NCBI RefSeq assembly: GCF_963921235.1
Contig: NC_086097.1
Span: 114,764,001 to 114,828,000 of the forward strand
DNA: 64,000 nt
Direction of reading: 5' to 3'
From: Mobula hypostoma
Lineage: Eukaryota
Shown here: positions 24,500 through 37,445 of the stretch, piece by piece
Position numbering within the stretch: the stretch's first letter is position 1
How the letters are laid out: each line of letters begins with the position of its first letter
Program-made: the position numbers and the translations under genes
The notes under the pieces: generated by a model
Databases searched by the model: none
The model's input: the letters and a program-made list of their open reading frames with translations, nothing else
Told to the model about the DNA's origin: nothing

Positions 24500-25830
24500 T
24501 GCTGTTCTCCTCGTGCGCAAGTAGATAAAGTGTGATTGAGGAACAAGTGTGAATTTTCAGAGTCCAGTTCATCGGCAACGACAGAGGATATGCAAATCCT
24601 TCTAAATGGCCCATACATCAATAAGGCCGCAGATGGTACAGCCTCCTGGATCTTCCTGTCCTCCAACATGGAGGACATAGAGCACAAGAAGTATAAGATC
24701 CCGGAGAAAACACTGACTCTAGAAAATAAGACAAGTGCCATTTGGTTTGTAGAATATAGCACACTAGAGCAAAATGCAAACCCTTCTGCCCACAATGCTG
24801 GGCCTTCTCCACAATCAGTAAAACCCATTCCTCCTACACAGCCAATGACCCATGTTCTTCTTACACCCATGTGCTTTCTAATAATCTCTTAAATGCCCCT
24901 TTTTCATCAGCCTCTACCACTACTTCCACTAGTTTCCTCAAGATGTATAAATCTCCCAGAAGCCAGACGTCAGCTCCGTGGGGCTGGATGGGTCCTGAAC
25001 TGCAGGAAGTGTGAAAAGCTCTGCTTCTGGCAACATGTCAGAATCCATGAGGAAATGCATCATCACCCTCATCCTTAAGCAGAAGGGAAAGAAGATGGGC
25101 TTCAGGAATTAACAACTCATCTACTATTGAATATGGATTTCAAAATCCCATTTAAAATCATTGCCAATCTGATCAAGTCTGTTCCAGGACAGATGATCGA
25201 ACCAGAGCAAATCCACTCCCTACCTGGGAAGAAAAACTCTGACAGTCTTGCATTGTTCAAAAGATACTGTCACCTATGTGAGGGACTGGGGAGTGGACTA
25301 TTGTACCCAGACATGATGGATGTAACCACCAAAGTGAGCTTTGGGGAGGGATTCAGGAATTGAATCCACAGCCATCTGTGGTGCAGTCCAAAGTAATGGC
25401 TGGGAAGCAGGAATCTACTCCATTAAGTCTGGTGTCAGGCAGTTGTTCATCAGAAAGACTGCAGACAGAAGAGTGGTGATGATGCCAGGCTGTAGGAGCT
25501 TAAGTACATGGATAACATAACCATCTTCTGCCTGGACACATGGTGTGTCCTCTGAGTGGTTAGCATCGGTAACCAGTCTGAGCTGGCCTTGGGGACCAAC
25601 CACCCACAGGAAGAGCAATAACGTGTTCTTTGCCAACTGGTTTGAGCAGTTCTCTGTCCTCTTCACCACCTAGTCTGTTTACCCGAAGGGGCTGTGATCT
25701 TGCTCAGTGTAGCAAGAACTGGCTGGAATTACGGGAGAGGCACACCCCCTTGATGATAGGCAAGAACCTAGTTATCAAGCATGATGTACTTGGATATATA
25801 CTTTTCCTCTGCCATGACAAACAGTAGAGT
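24500..25830 (+). mobile_element. Very old Tx1-like (L1 group) ORF2 remnant
   Basis: LLNMDFKIPFKIIANLIKSVPGQMIEPEQIHSLPGKKNSDSLALF resembles the L1/Tx1 LLNxDYKILxK..IHPDQ..PGR block. Confidence 0.7.
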
Positions 25831-26212
25831 CTTCTTCTGTTTCACAGAACATAGAACAGCACAGTACAGGCCCTTTGGCCCACAATGTCGTGCTGACCTT
25901 CTAACCTACTCCAATATTAATCTAATCATTTTCTCCCATGTAGCCCTTCATTTTTCTTTTATCCATGTGCCTATCTAAGAGTGAGCCTCTTAAATAAACC
26001 CAATATACCTGCTTCAACCTTCTTCTACCACCATGCAAATATCACTGTGTGTATGTAAAAAAAACAAACAAACCACCTCTGGCAACCCCTCTACACTATC
26101 CTCTAACAACCTTAGAATTATACCACCTTGAGAAAACGGCACTGGCTGTTCTCTTTATCGGTGGCTCTTATCACCTCTTATACAGAAATCAATTCTCTTC
26201 CAATCCTCCTTC

Positions 26213-27440
26213 TGTCATGGTCCAGATCGGGGTTTCTTTAAATTTACTTTGTTTATGTTATGATCTGGACCGTTGACTCCCTGTTTCCCTTTAGTTCCCT
26301 GTTTTCCTGTGTCCCTTGGCCTTGGGGATTAGAGACAATTTACTCTCGGCTGAACTGGTAGTTTATAATCTCCTGCTTTCAGCTGTTCGGCGCGAGAGTG
26401 TCTGCAAAGTCACCAATGGTACGGTGTGCCAATGTCATCTGGCCGGAGCAAGCCTAGTCTCTGCCCGAAGTGAGTGCCGGTAATTCGACTTTCCTCACCG
26501 GAGCAACCCCGTCAAGTTACCTCACCAAAGCGAGCCTGCAAATTTTCCTCACCGAGGTGGGTCCGTCAGTTAACCCGTCGGAGGGAATCAAGAACCTCTG
26601 TCTACTGTTCCCGGGCTGAGTCGAGAGCGCGCCACTACCCGGAGGCTCCAAGTCAAGTCCTGTCCCTGGCGGCATCCAAATTCCAAGTCAAGACCCGGTC
26701 CTGGCGGCTTCCAAGTTCCAAGTCAAGTCCTGGCCCTGGCGGTCTGTGATTCCTGTCCTACCCCCCTGTCTGAATCCCTTCTCTGCCCCTCTCACCTCTA
26801 GCCCTCGTCTGCAACCCCCGCCTGCACTTCCTTCCAGTTCCATCGCCGGAGCTAGATAGGTACTGTCTGGTGTTCTTTTGTGTTGGTCTTGTCTTGTCCT
26901 CGCCTCCATGGGGTAAGTCAAGCCATCTTGCCATTGCCCCGAGGGGGGTCATGAGTCCCGGCCCTATGTCCTGTACCCAAGGAGGGGTCCCGGCTCTCTG
27001 TTCTGTGTGTGAGTCCCGGCCCTATGTCCTGTACCCAAAGAGGGGTCCCGACTCTGTGTTCTGTGTATGTGTCCATGGTTCCATGTACCTGCTCTCCCGA
27101 GACCGAGGCTCTGTTTTCAATGTTCCTCCTCTCCCTAGCCCATGTCATGTCCATGCCTGGTTCTGGGGTCCGAGCCCGGGGCACGACCCAGGTACTGGGT
27201 CCTTGCCCAGTCTCTGGCTTGGAGTCCATACCGTGTCCTCTTCATGTTGCCGCTAGTTCTGGGATCCAATTCCAAGTCCTAGCCCAGACCCCTAGACCCA
27301 GCCTAGTCGTAGTCCTGATTCCTTGTCCAGTTCACTATTCCTGCTTCTGCTTTGTTCTCCTGGTATCAAACAATAAACTCAATTTACTTAACCTCACAAG
27401 ATGTGTCTTGCATTTTGGTCCACCCTTGCAGCAATACCAA
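26213..27440 (+). mobile_element. Probable solo LTR with internal tandem repeats
   Basis: Starts TGTCATGG; AATAAA at ~27372 followed by GTGTCTTGCATTTTGGTCC; GC-rich; repeated CAAGTCAAG; ~58-bp duplication at 26952-27065. Confidence 0.6.
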
Positions 27441-27461
27441 CTAGAGAAGAGGCAGTGTTGA

Positions 27462-27717
27462 ATTAGGGGTAACATGAGGGGGAACTTCTTTACTCAGAGA
27501 GTGGTAGCTGTGTGGAACGAGCTTCCAGCAGAAGTGGTTGAGGCAGGTTCAATGTTGTCATTTAAAGCTAAATTGGACAGCTATATGGACAGGAAAGGAA
27601 TGGAGGGTTATGGGCTGAATGCAGGTCAGTGGGACTAGGTGAGAGTAAGATCTCGGCACGGACTAGAAGGGCTGAGGTGGCCTGTTTCCATGCTGTAATT
27701 GTTATATGGTTATATAT
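27462..27717 (+). mobile_element. CR1 3' end
   Basis: AACTTCTTTACTCAGAGAGTGGTAGCTGTGTGGAACGAGC; tail GTTATATGGTTATAT. Confidence 0.85.
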
Positions 27718-28954
27718 CTACTGCTCTACCTTCATCAATTTGGTTTGCCATTTCCTTGTAGAATTCATGACCTGCCCTTCACAAAGTCATGCTGAATATA
27801 CCTAATTAGACTATGCTCTTCCAAATTCTCGTAAATACTGTCTCTATTAATCCCCTCCAATAGCTTGCCCAACAATTTACTGGTCTCTAGCTCCCAGGAT
27901 TATCCCTCTTATCTTTCTTGAACAATGCGATAACATTTGCCACCCTCCAGTCTCTGGTACTATTCCTATGACCATTGAGAATGAACGATCATCACAGCCA
28001 CTCTTCCCTTGCTTCCTATAGTAACCTGAGATATATCCCATATGGTCCAGAGGATTTACATGCATCTATCCTAATACTTTTCAAAAGTTCCAGCACTTCC
28101 TCTTTCTTAATGTCAACATGTTTTAGCATTTTAGCCTGTTCTAGGCTGACCTCACACTTGTCAACATTCATCCCATTATTGTCACTGGTGAATACTGAAG
28201 GAAAGTAACTCAATAGGAACCTTCCCTACCTTTTCTGACTCCAAGCACATATTTTCTCTTCTATCCCTGATTGGTCCTACACTCATACTAGTCATCCTTC
28301 TGTACTTCCTGTATGTGTAGAAAGACTTGGGTTTTCCTTAATCCTATTCCCCAAGGCCTTTTCATGTCCTCTTCTCGCTCTCCTAATTCCCTTCTTAACC
28401 TTCTTCCTGGATATTTTATATCTCTCAAGAGCCTTGCTTCCTAAACCTCAAGTGTGCTTCCTTCTTCCTGTGGACTAGTCGTTCCATATTTCTTGTCAAC
28501 CATGGTTCCTTCACTCTACTGTATTTTCCCTGCCTCAACTGACATACTTATGCAGAACCCAATACAAGTATTCCTTAAGTAACCTCATCATTTCTGTTGT
28601 ACATTTCCTCAAATGCATCTGTTCCCAATTTATGCTCACAAGGAATGGCATCATAGAGCATTGTACTTTGTCCTCCCCTCATTAAGTACTTCCCAATACC
28701 ATCTGATCTTATCCCTGTGGTCAACATCAGGGAGTTGTGGTCACTGTCTCCAAAATGCTCACCCACCAAGGGATTTATCACCTGGCCAGATTCATTAACT
28801 AGTAGGAGATCCAATATGGTCCCTCCTCTAGTTGGTCTGTCCACAATTGTGTCAGGAATCCTTCCTGGACACACTTAACAAATTTTGCCTCATCTAAATC
28901 TTCTGCACTAAGGAGGCTCTGATCAATATTAGGAAAGTTGAAGTCATGACAACG

Positions 28955-29690
28955 ATATTTCATCTGGAGATCTGAGGTAGTGTGTGTCCAATGATTGGTA
29001 ATGCCCAAGTCTCCCAAGAATGACGAAAAATTACAGCCAACATTGTCCTTTTCCAAATGGCCACCTTTGGGTCTGGCTGTATCAAGCTGTGTGTAGAAGT
29101 GAAGCGTGCAAACAGTAAATTTCCCTGCATGCTGACTTACACTTGTTCCTGGTGTTGAAGTTATGGGCCTGATCTCATTGTCCAGTGATGTTCCGTTGAG
29201 TTGAACTTGCCTTTGTACAAAAGTGTTTTGATTAAAAACATCCTTGACCATAAACTCACCAGGCAGCAATCAAAATGGTGGATCCTGAGTGAGGAGGACG
29301 TGTTGCATCCTGTGAGATGGCATCCTAAGCAGACTGTCAGCTGTTTGGCAGAATGCCTCTTCACCAAAACTCAACAAAACACAGCAGGACTTCACTCGGC
29401 CAGTAATGAGAGGGACCTTCTCAATCAGATTCCTCCTGACTGGTCAGTCTCACTCACGATGCTCGCTGCTCCTCAGGAAGCCGCAGTGTGACTGTGACAA
29501 TTGGCTGCCTCTTTGCAGACTGTGCATTTGCCAAGAAGATCTGGAAAAGAATGACAAGGTCCTTGTCAATGTTTGTCCCAAGCAGCTGTGTAACAAAGGT
29601 CTCGTTGAATTATGGCGTGTTCCCGGGGATAAATACTGAGACAAACATTGTGTGCTGCTGAAAGACCTTTAACTCAGTGAAAGAGTATGT
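28955..29690 (+). mobile_element. Tx1-like ORF2 C-terminal remnant
   Basis: HKLTRQQSKWWIL..PVRWHPKQTV and a decayed zinc-knuckle region; plausible continuation of 24500-25830. Confidence 0.6.
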
Positions 29691-30250
29691 GTCCTCAGGC
29701 TCCTGTATCTCCTTCCTCATGCTAGTAAAGAGAAGAGGGCATGTCATGACTGGTGAGAGAACTTCAATAAGAATACCACCTCTTTTGAGCACCATCTCTT
29801 GATGATGTCCTAGTGGGAAGGCTTGCGCCTGTGATGGAGCTGATGAGTCCACAATCCTCTGAAACCTCTTTTGATCCTGTGTATTGCAGTGTCCATACCA
29901 GGTAGTAGTGAGGTAAACAGTTAGAATGTTCTCCATGATATATATGCAGAAATTTGCAAGGTTCTTTGGTGACACATCAAATCTCCTCAAACTCTGAATA
30001 AAGTAGAGCTGTTGGTGTGCATCCTCATGGTTGCATCAATATGTTGGGCCCAAAATAGATCTTCTGAGACGTTGATGCTCAGGACCTTGAAGCTGCTCAT
30101 CCTTCCCATTGCTGACCCCTCGACGTGCATTGACACGTAGTCTCTCGACTTCCCCCTTCCAGAGGTCTGCACTGAACTCCTTGGTTCTCCTGACATTGAG
30201 TGAAAAGTTGTTGTTGCACTCCTATCTGACTCCTTTAGGCCTCCACGTTG
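29690..30250 (-). mobile_element. Rex1/Babar-like LINE fragment
   Basis: SSFKVLSINVSEDLFWAQHID; ENILT..WYGHCNTQDQKRFQRIV. Confidence 0.75.
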
Positions 30251-30293
30251 CTAAGTGATACATTGAAACTCCGTGCAGCTTTGTGAAGAAAGA

Positions 30294-30326
30294 TGCAATT
30301 CTAGGTCCTGCCACTAGTGGGCACTG
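30294..30326 (+). promoter_or_regulatory. Candidate CTCF site with upstream module
   Basis: TGCAATTCT-5 nt-CTGCCACTAGTGGGCACTG versus core CCACYAGRKGGCRS (one mismatch). Confidence 0.4.
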
Positions 30327-30564
30327 TGGAACTGTTTTGTGTAACAGCCTCTCAAACACTTGATGGGTGCATTGAGTGGCATTGGTACGCTCAATTAAAT
30401 TATATAATATAATAAATATTATTATATTATAGATCACTGTAAACAAATTATTATTGGTTTGGTGACACAACTAAAGCAGTGATTTGATTACACCATGAAT
30501 GCAAAGGCCCGTACTGATTTCATTCTATTTCCTGAATACATTTTAATTAATGAAGCTTTTTTTT

Positions 30565-30893
30565 AAAAGATTGGCTTTATTCATCACACATATATCGAAC
30601 GATACCGTGAAATGTGTCAGTTGCGTCAAATCACTTCAGCGAGGATTGTGCTGGGAGTGGCTCACAAATATCATCACACTTCTGAGACCAATATAGCATG
30701 CCTACAACTCACTAACCCTAACCATATATCTTTTTTTAGAATGTGGGAGGAAACCAGAGCACCCGGAGGAAACCCACATGGTCACGAGGACAACGCAAAA
30801 ACTCCTCACAGGCAGAGGCAGGAATTGAAACCCTCTCGGTGATTGCTGGTTCTATAAAGCAATGTGCTAGCCACAAGGCTACTGTGCTGCCCA
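30565..30893 (-). mobile_element. tRNA-derived SINE
   Basis: GAATGTGGGAGGAAACCAGAGCACCCGGAGGAAACCCAC; head GGGCAGCACAGTAGCCTTGTGGCTAGCAC on minus strand. Confidence 0.75.
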
Positions 30894-31644
30894 AAGTATT
30901 AAAATATCCTGAATATTTAAAGCACAAGAAAAATGAGTCTGTGGAGTATAGTGGAGAGGCCCCTCAATGGCTAGTATGAACTATTCTTTATGGTTTTGAC
31001 TATGTAAGGAAGGAAAGTCTAATATTTATCAGATTTACCTCTATGAGTTCAGCTAAAAGCGTCTTTTTAATCAAGGTGCCTCCCATCTATTTGAGACTGG
31101 AGTCCAAACCTGTCCAGATCCCTCTGCTGTCTGCTTCAATCCATTCATTTGGAACATCTGGTGGGATTCACTATTGGACTTTAAGTAGTCTGCCAACATT
31201 AATTTATTATGTTTGGCTGATTGACACCCAGTTACTGTATATTTTCTGGTGTACTAACAAGATGGAGGATAATAGGTTTAAGAGAGAATATACTTCAGGC
31301 TGACTAATGACCATTTCCTTCTATGCCTCATCACTTAATTCTTTGCGTCTGCCAAATTTCCACAGAGCGTCACAAGACACTACCTACCACCTTGGAGTCC
31401 CATGCATAACAGCTCCTCGGTATTTTGTTCCAATAAGGACTTTTTTTGTGAAAGTGACTTTATTGTCATATTGTAATGGGCTCGGTTGATCAGACCCAAA
31501 AGACCTAAACAATTTGTGTGTCCAGGAGATGTGGTAATAAATGTACAAACACAACAAAGTAACTTAAGCCTCATTTATTATCACCCAATTTATTGTTCTC
31601 ATGCCACTAATTCAGCCTAGTTTCTTTCATTCAAACAACTAATA

Positions 31645-32690
31645 GCTTGGCCTTTTCTGGTTGGCTGCCAGTGACTAGTGGTGTTCTTCAGAGGTCAGTA
31701 TTGGGACCGCTACTTTTCACATTGTTTGTCAATAATTTAGATAATGGAATCGATGGCTTTGTGGCAAAGTTTGCGGATGGTTTGAAGATAGGTGGAGGGG
31801 TAGGTAGTGCTGAGGAAGCAATGCGATTGCAGCAGGACTTAGACAAATTGGAAGAATAGCCAAAAACATGGCAGATGGAATACAGTGTTGGTAATGTACG
31901 ATAATGCATTTTGGTAAAAGGAACAATAGTGCGGACTATTCCCTAAATGGAGAGAAGGTTCAAACATCAGAGGTGCAGAGGGACTTGGGAATCCTCATGC
32001 AAGTCTCCTAGAAAGTTAAGTTACAGGTTGAGTTTGTGGTAAAGAAGGCAAATGCAATATTGGCATTTATTTCAAGTGGAGTAGAATATAAAAACAAGGA
32101 GAAAATGCTGAGTCTTTATAAGACACTAGTCAGGCTGCACTTGGTGTATTGTTAATGGTTTTGGGCCCCATATGTCAGAAAGGATATGTTGTCATTGGAG
32201 AAAGTCCAGAGGAGATTTACGAGGATGATTTCAGGAATGAAAGGGTTAACATATGAGGAGTGTTTGGCAGCTTGGGTCTGTATTCACTAGAATTTAAAAG
32301 AATGAGGGGGATCTCACTGAAACCTACTGAAAATTGAAAGAACTAGATGTGGAGAGGATGGTTCCATTGGTGGGGGTATCTAGAACTAGAGGGCACAGCC
32401 TCAAAATCGAGGGGTGACTCTTTAGAACAGAGGTAAGGACGATTTTTTTTTAGCCAGAGGATAGTAAAACTGTGGAATGCTCTGCAGCAAACTGCGGGGG
32501 AAGCCAGGTCTGTGGGTATATTTAAGGCGGAAGCTGATCATTTTCTGATCCATCAGGGCATCAAATAATATGTCAAGAAGGCGGGTGTAGGGGGTCGAGT
32601 GGGATCCAGGATCAGCCATGATGGAATGGCGGAGCAGAGGCGATGGGCTGATTGGACTAATTCTGTTCCGAAGTCTTATGGTCTTATGTG
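31645..32690 (+). mobile_element. CR1 LINE 3' part, decayed
   Basis: VTSGVLQRSVLGPLLF..KFADGLKIGG; tail GTCTTATGGTCTTATG. Confidence 0.9.
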
Positions 32691-33536
32691 TTCATCGACA
32701 GACATTCTCATGCCACTGGTGCCTAAGGCTGGGCAAGACCATGAATCGAACGACTATCAACAAACGTCAGACATTAATTATCAAACTTACGGTGTTTAAC
32801 TTGTATAGATACCTTACAAGTCCACAAAGAGTGAAAATGTCATTTGGAACTGTTCGGACTTCCATCTTGCAAATAATTTACAAATTTAATACACCACAAT
32901 GCACATATGCACAAGTACATGTACGTACGGGTGCAGTGAGAAACACACTTGCCACAGCATCACAGATAAATAGCATTAGAGAGACGGCATTTACAAGTGA
33001 CTCATAAATAAAACATAACTGATACACAATTATGCAAGAAAGAACACAAGCAGAACAAAATAAAGTCCATCGTAGAGCAAAGTGCTCAAAAGGGTCAGAT
33101 TAGGGCTGTAGAATGTGGTTAAGAAATAACTGGTGGCGTGTCACTTCAGGCCCCTGTACCTACTGCCCAACCATAGCTGCAAGATAATGACATGGCCCAG
33201 ATGGTGGGGACCTATGATGAAAGAAATTACCACCTTTATTTAAGTAAATAACAAAAATTAGCCAATGTGCATAATGTTGAAGACTCATAACAAAATGGAT
33301 GCAGATAGTCCTTCCACCAAAACATATGTCATCACACTTGATAGCCTGTCAGTTCAGTGTACTTCATTTTATTGCCGAGAGATTATAGGGACCTGAGATC
33401 CTGGGTCTATTTAACTCTGTCTGTAATTCATAGATTTTTAATTATCGATGTGCATAATCTGTGGACTTACTATCTTTATAATAAAGGACCCAAAACTAAA
33501 CCTACAGATTCTAGCGAATGCTCATTGACTGAATCA

Positions 33537-33930
33537 GTCTCCCTCTCTTGCTCTCCCCCCTCTTCCTCTTTCTCTCTTCCCCCTCTCTCCCCTCCCCTCC
33601 CTCTCCCCACCTCTCTCTCCCCTCTCTCTCTCCCCCTCTCTCTTCCCCCTCTTTTTCCCCCCTCTCCCCATCTCTCTTCCTCCCATCTCTTCCCCCTCCC
33701 TCTCTCTTTTCCCCTTTCTCTTCCCCCTCTCCCCCCCCTCCCCTCTCTCACTCCCACCCTCTCTCTCCCCCCTCTCTCTCTCTCCCCTCTCTTCCCCTCT
33801 TTCTCTTCCCCCTCTCCTCCGCTCTCTCTCTTTCCCCCTTCTGTCTTCCCTTTCTCTCTCCCGTTCCCTCTCTCTCCCTCTCTCCCCATCTCCCCTCTCT
33901 CCCTCTTCCCCTCCTCTCCCCCTCCCTCCA
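33537..33930. repeat. ~390-bp polypyrimidine/polypurine low-complexity tract
   Basis: Almost only C/T on the plus strand. Confidence 0.95.
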
Positions 33931-34014
33931 TGGACTTTGTCCTTTGGAGTATTCTCCACAATTTCTGATTTTCAGCATCTTGCTTTTATGAAGGTGTCTT
34001 TCAGGTTGTTAAGT

Positions 34015-34320
34015 AAACATGAGATTTTGCAGATGCTGGAAAACCAGAGAGACACATACAAAATGCTGGAGGAACTCTGCAGATTAGGCGGCATATATGG
34101 AGAGGAATAAGTGGTCTATATTTTGGGCAGAGATCCTTCATCAGGACTGGAAAGGAAGGGAGAAGAAACCAGAATAAGAAGGTGGGGGAGGGGAAGGAGG
34201 ACAAGCTGCAAAGTGATAGGTGAAACCTAGGTGGGGGGGGAAGGGTAGGTGGGTGGGGGATGGGCGAAGAAGTGAGGAGCTGGGAGGAGGTAAGTGGAAA
34301 AGGTAAAAAGTTGAAGATGA
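34015..34320 (-). mobile_element. Penelope pLTR remnant
   Basis: TGCAGATGCTGGAAA..AATGCTGGAGGAACTC..CCTTCATCAGGACT. Confidence 0.75.
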
Positions 34321-35779
34321 AGCATGTTACATGTACAAACGTTTGTATTTTTGCATACAATATCTGAGGAACAATAGCTCTCTTAAAATCAATTCTCATG
34401 GACCAGAAAAGGAAGTTTGATGTCAGTCTATCAAAAGAATAGGAGGCGGATGCCATGGATAAAAGGGGATTATATAGTGTATGAAATTGGAAGCTAATAC
34501 CTGATCTGGTATAGGGAGTCACTACTGAATTCTTGGTTTTACACGCATTATTACTATCATGTTAGCTGGAAGGTAATTCAGAACATTTGAACATTCACTG
34601 TGCATTCTTGCATAATCACAGCTGTTGCTCTGGAAAGAAGAATTTTGTGGTAATTTATCAGTCACTGGCCTTAATTTTTCCACAGACTTTTAATCATGAA
34701 GCAATTTCACTCTTTAAGACCAATAATAAAATTGGAATCAACAAATATTTGAATGATGTTAGCAATACGATTACACTGCAGATTATTGCACAAAACTTAA
34801 TATTGGGCGGATATCGCTGTAGGCGGATTGAAAGTATGTGTATTATAGCTCCATCCTCAGATTTCACTGAAGTCAGACTCAGGCCAATCAGTAAATATTA
34901 CAAAACCCCGGGGTACTCTCCCTGAGGGCTCAGTGCAGGGACAATTAATAGAAATTTAGTCTGATTTTTGTGACAGATGCCAGAACCTGCCCACTCAAGT
35001 TTCCAGCATGCAAGAGCATGGGTGAATTTAGGTCCTTTGTGAAAGGAGCTTATTTCTTTATAATTAACTCTATGTCGCACTGTGGTTGGTATTATGCTTT
35101 ACAGTGCTAGCAGTCAGGGTTCAGTTGCTGCTGCAGTCTCTAAGGAGTTTGTACACTTTCCCCATGACTTTAGCTGCTCTGGTTTCCTCCCACATTCCAA
35201 TAAGACATACAAATTAGAGTTAGCAAGCTGCGTGCATGTTACATTGGTGACATTTGTGGGCTGCGCCCAGCCCATCCTCAGGCCGTGTTGTCTTTGACGT
35301 TAATGACACTGTTCATTGTATGCTTCAATGTCTGTGTGACAAATAAAATTTACCTTGAAAATAATTTAATTTCGAAGTTTATTTCTTTATTGCTAACTCC
35401 TTTGTTTAAGATTTGTTGTACGCCTGGAATTTGTTCTTAAATTTTCTATGCATAATATCTTATCATGCAATAGAACTGATGGGTTTTAGCAGTGTGAATT
35501 GTACACACCAGATGTTATGGTAAGTCTGTTCGAGTGGTGACACATCTCTGCTTTGTTCTCAGAGGACTTGAAGTAAATTTGCATTTGTGACTTTCGTGAA
35601 TTAAAATTAAATCAGTGTTTTGAAGTTGTGAAATACAAGCCAACTTTTTCATGAATGTATTTATGAAAGTAGGACCCAATGGACCTGCAGAATAAAAGGG
35701 GACAGGAAGTGACAGATTATTTCAGGATGTTTCGACACTTACTTTTGTAGGAATAAAACAAAACAGAAAATGATGGAAA

Positions 35780-35925
35780 ACAAACAAGAGAAAATCTGCA
35801 GATGCTGGAAATCTAAGCACAGATGCAATATGCTGGAGGAAATCTGCAGGCCAGGCAACCTCTGTGGAAAAGAGTACAGTTGATGCTTCAGGCCAAGACC
35901 CTTCATCAGGACTGGAAAAAAGAGA
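35780..35925 (-). mobile_element. Penelope pLTR remnant with near-intact hammerhead
   Basis: Reverse complement AGTCCTGATGAAGGGTCTTGGCCTGAAGCATCAACTG (GAAA changed to GAAG). Confidence 0.7.
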
Positions 35926-37099
35926 TGAAAAAATAAGACTGGAAAATAACAGAAATGCTCAGCAGGTCAGTCAGCATCCGTGGTAAGAGAAATAGTTAAC
36001 GTTTCAGGTCTGAGACCTTTGCCAGAATTTGGAAGAAAGACTAACAAGTTAGTTTTCAGTAGCATAGAACATACAGAATGTGGAGAGGTGGAAGATAAGT
36101 AGACAAGGGAATATTTTTGACGAGTTGAGTTGATATAGGTTAATGGAGTTATAAACTCAATGCAGTGTGTTTCTTTGTTGTCTAATCTGTTCTTTGTTTC
36201 CAGTATATTATTTTTTTTAGATTTCCAGCATCTGTACTTTTCTTTTATTATTTTGGTTTACATTTGTTGGATTTTGATGTGTATATTGTGACCCTTTGCA
36301 TGAAAAGTTCATGAGATAGAGGTGCATTAGGGAAAGATTTTAATAACAGAAACATGGATTTCCAGGCCAAGTCAACAATCCTTTCTTCGTTTACACACAG
36401 CAAATCGATTTATCTGTTTAGATATCTTCCTGTCCTGAAGAAGTGCCTCAGCCCGACACGCTGACTGTTTATTCAATTCCACAGCTGCTGCCTGACCTGC
36501 CGAGTCTCTCCAGCGTTCTGTGTGTGTTGCGGTCTATAGATGTTGCTCCCTTCTCTCTATTGTGAGTGCTCTGATTTCCTCCCACAGTCCGCGGATGTAC
36601 TGGTTAGTAGGTTAATTAGTCATTGCAAATTGTCCTGTGATTAGGCTAGGGTTAAATCGGAGGTTACTGGGCAGCGAGGCTCAAAGGGCTGGAAGGGCTG
36701 ACTCCATGCTGTATCTCTAAATGAATCAATAAATAAAGTAGCTTGGTTTGTGTTTGACTTTGTATTCTGAGCTGAGCTGATAAAGGATCACAGATCTGAA
36801 ATGTAAACTCTGTTTCTTTTCCATAGGGGCTGTACGATCCAATGAGTCTGTCCAGCAATCTGTTTTTACCTGTGAGCGGTTCTAGTGGAATTGATCGGCT
36901 CTCCGTGCTTAATATTAACTAACATGACCTCAGCTGGGAACTCTCTGAACCTGATTCCAATCCACTTCATGATAATTCAGGCTGAAGGGCTTGTTTCAAT
37001 GCTGCAATACTCACAGGCTCTGTTGATTTGCTGCTGTAAAAAACACACCAGCCATTGTCTTTCTTCTTTTTGATGTTAAGAGAAGTCTCTGTATGATTT

Positions 37100-37445
37100 A
37101 AAAGTTCAAAGTAAAATTTATTATCAGAGTACATACATGTCACCACACACATACTGAGCAAATCCATAGAACAGTAGCTGTAAGCAGGATCAATGAACAA
37201 CAAACTGTGCAAATGGAAATATAAATAAATGGAAATAAATAACGAGAGCATGAAATAACAAGATAAAGAGTCCTTAAAGTGAGACCACCGTTTGTAGTAA
37301 CACCAGAAATAGAATGAGAGTAGTTCTCCCCTGTTGTTCAAGAGCCTGATGTTAACTGTTCTTGAGGCTGGTGATGTGGGTCCTGAGGCACTCGTACCCT
37401 CTACCTGATGGCAGCAGTGAGAAAAGAGCAATGCCTGGACTGGTT
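37100..37445 (-). mobile_element. Rex1-like LINE 3' end
   Basis: ALFSLLPSGRGYECLRTHITSLKNS; AAAGTTCAAAGTAAAATTTATTATC tail. Confidence 0.7.

Larger units (their letters stand above)
25845..28950 (-). mobile_element. Internally deleted CR1 LINE interrupted by an LTR and a second CR1 tail
   Basis: Tail ACAGAACATAGAAC at 25845; YFPSVFT, KSSGPYGIY, GEHFGDSDHNSL, DFNFPNID in ORFs at 28016, 28575, 28799. Confidence 0.8.

Noticed and set aside
33357..33991. ORFs of 141-203 aa rich in P/L/S or G/R/E
   Set aside because: They arise because the C/T tract lacks stop codons.
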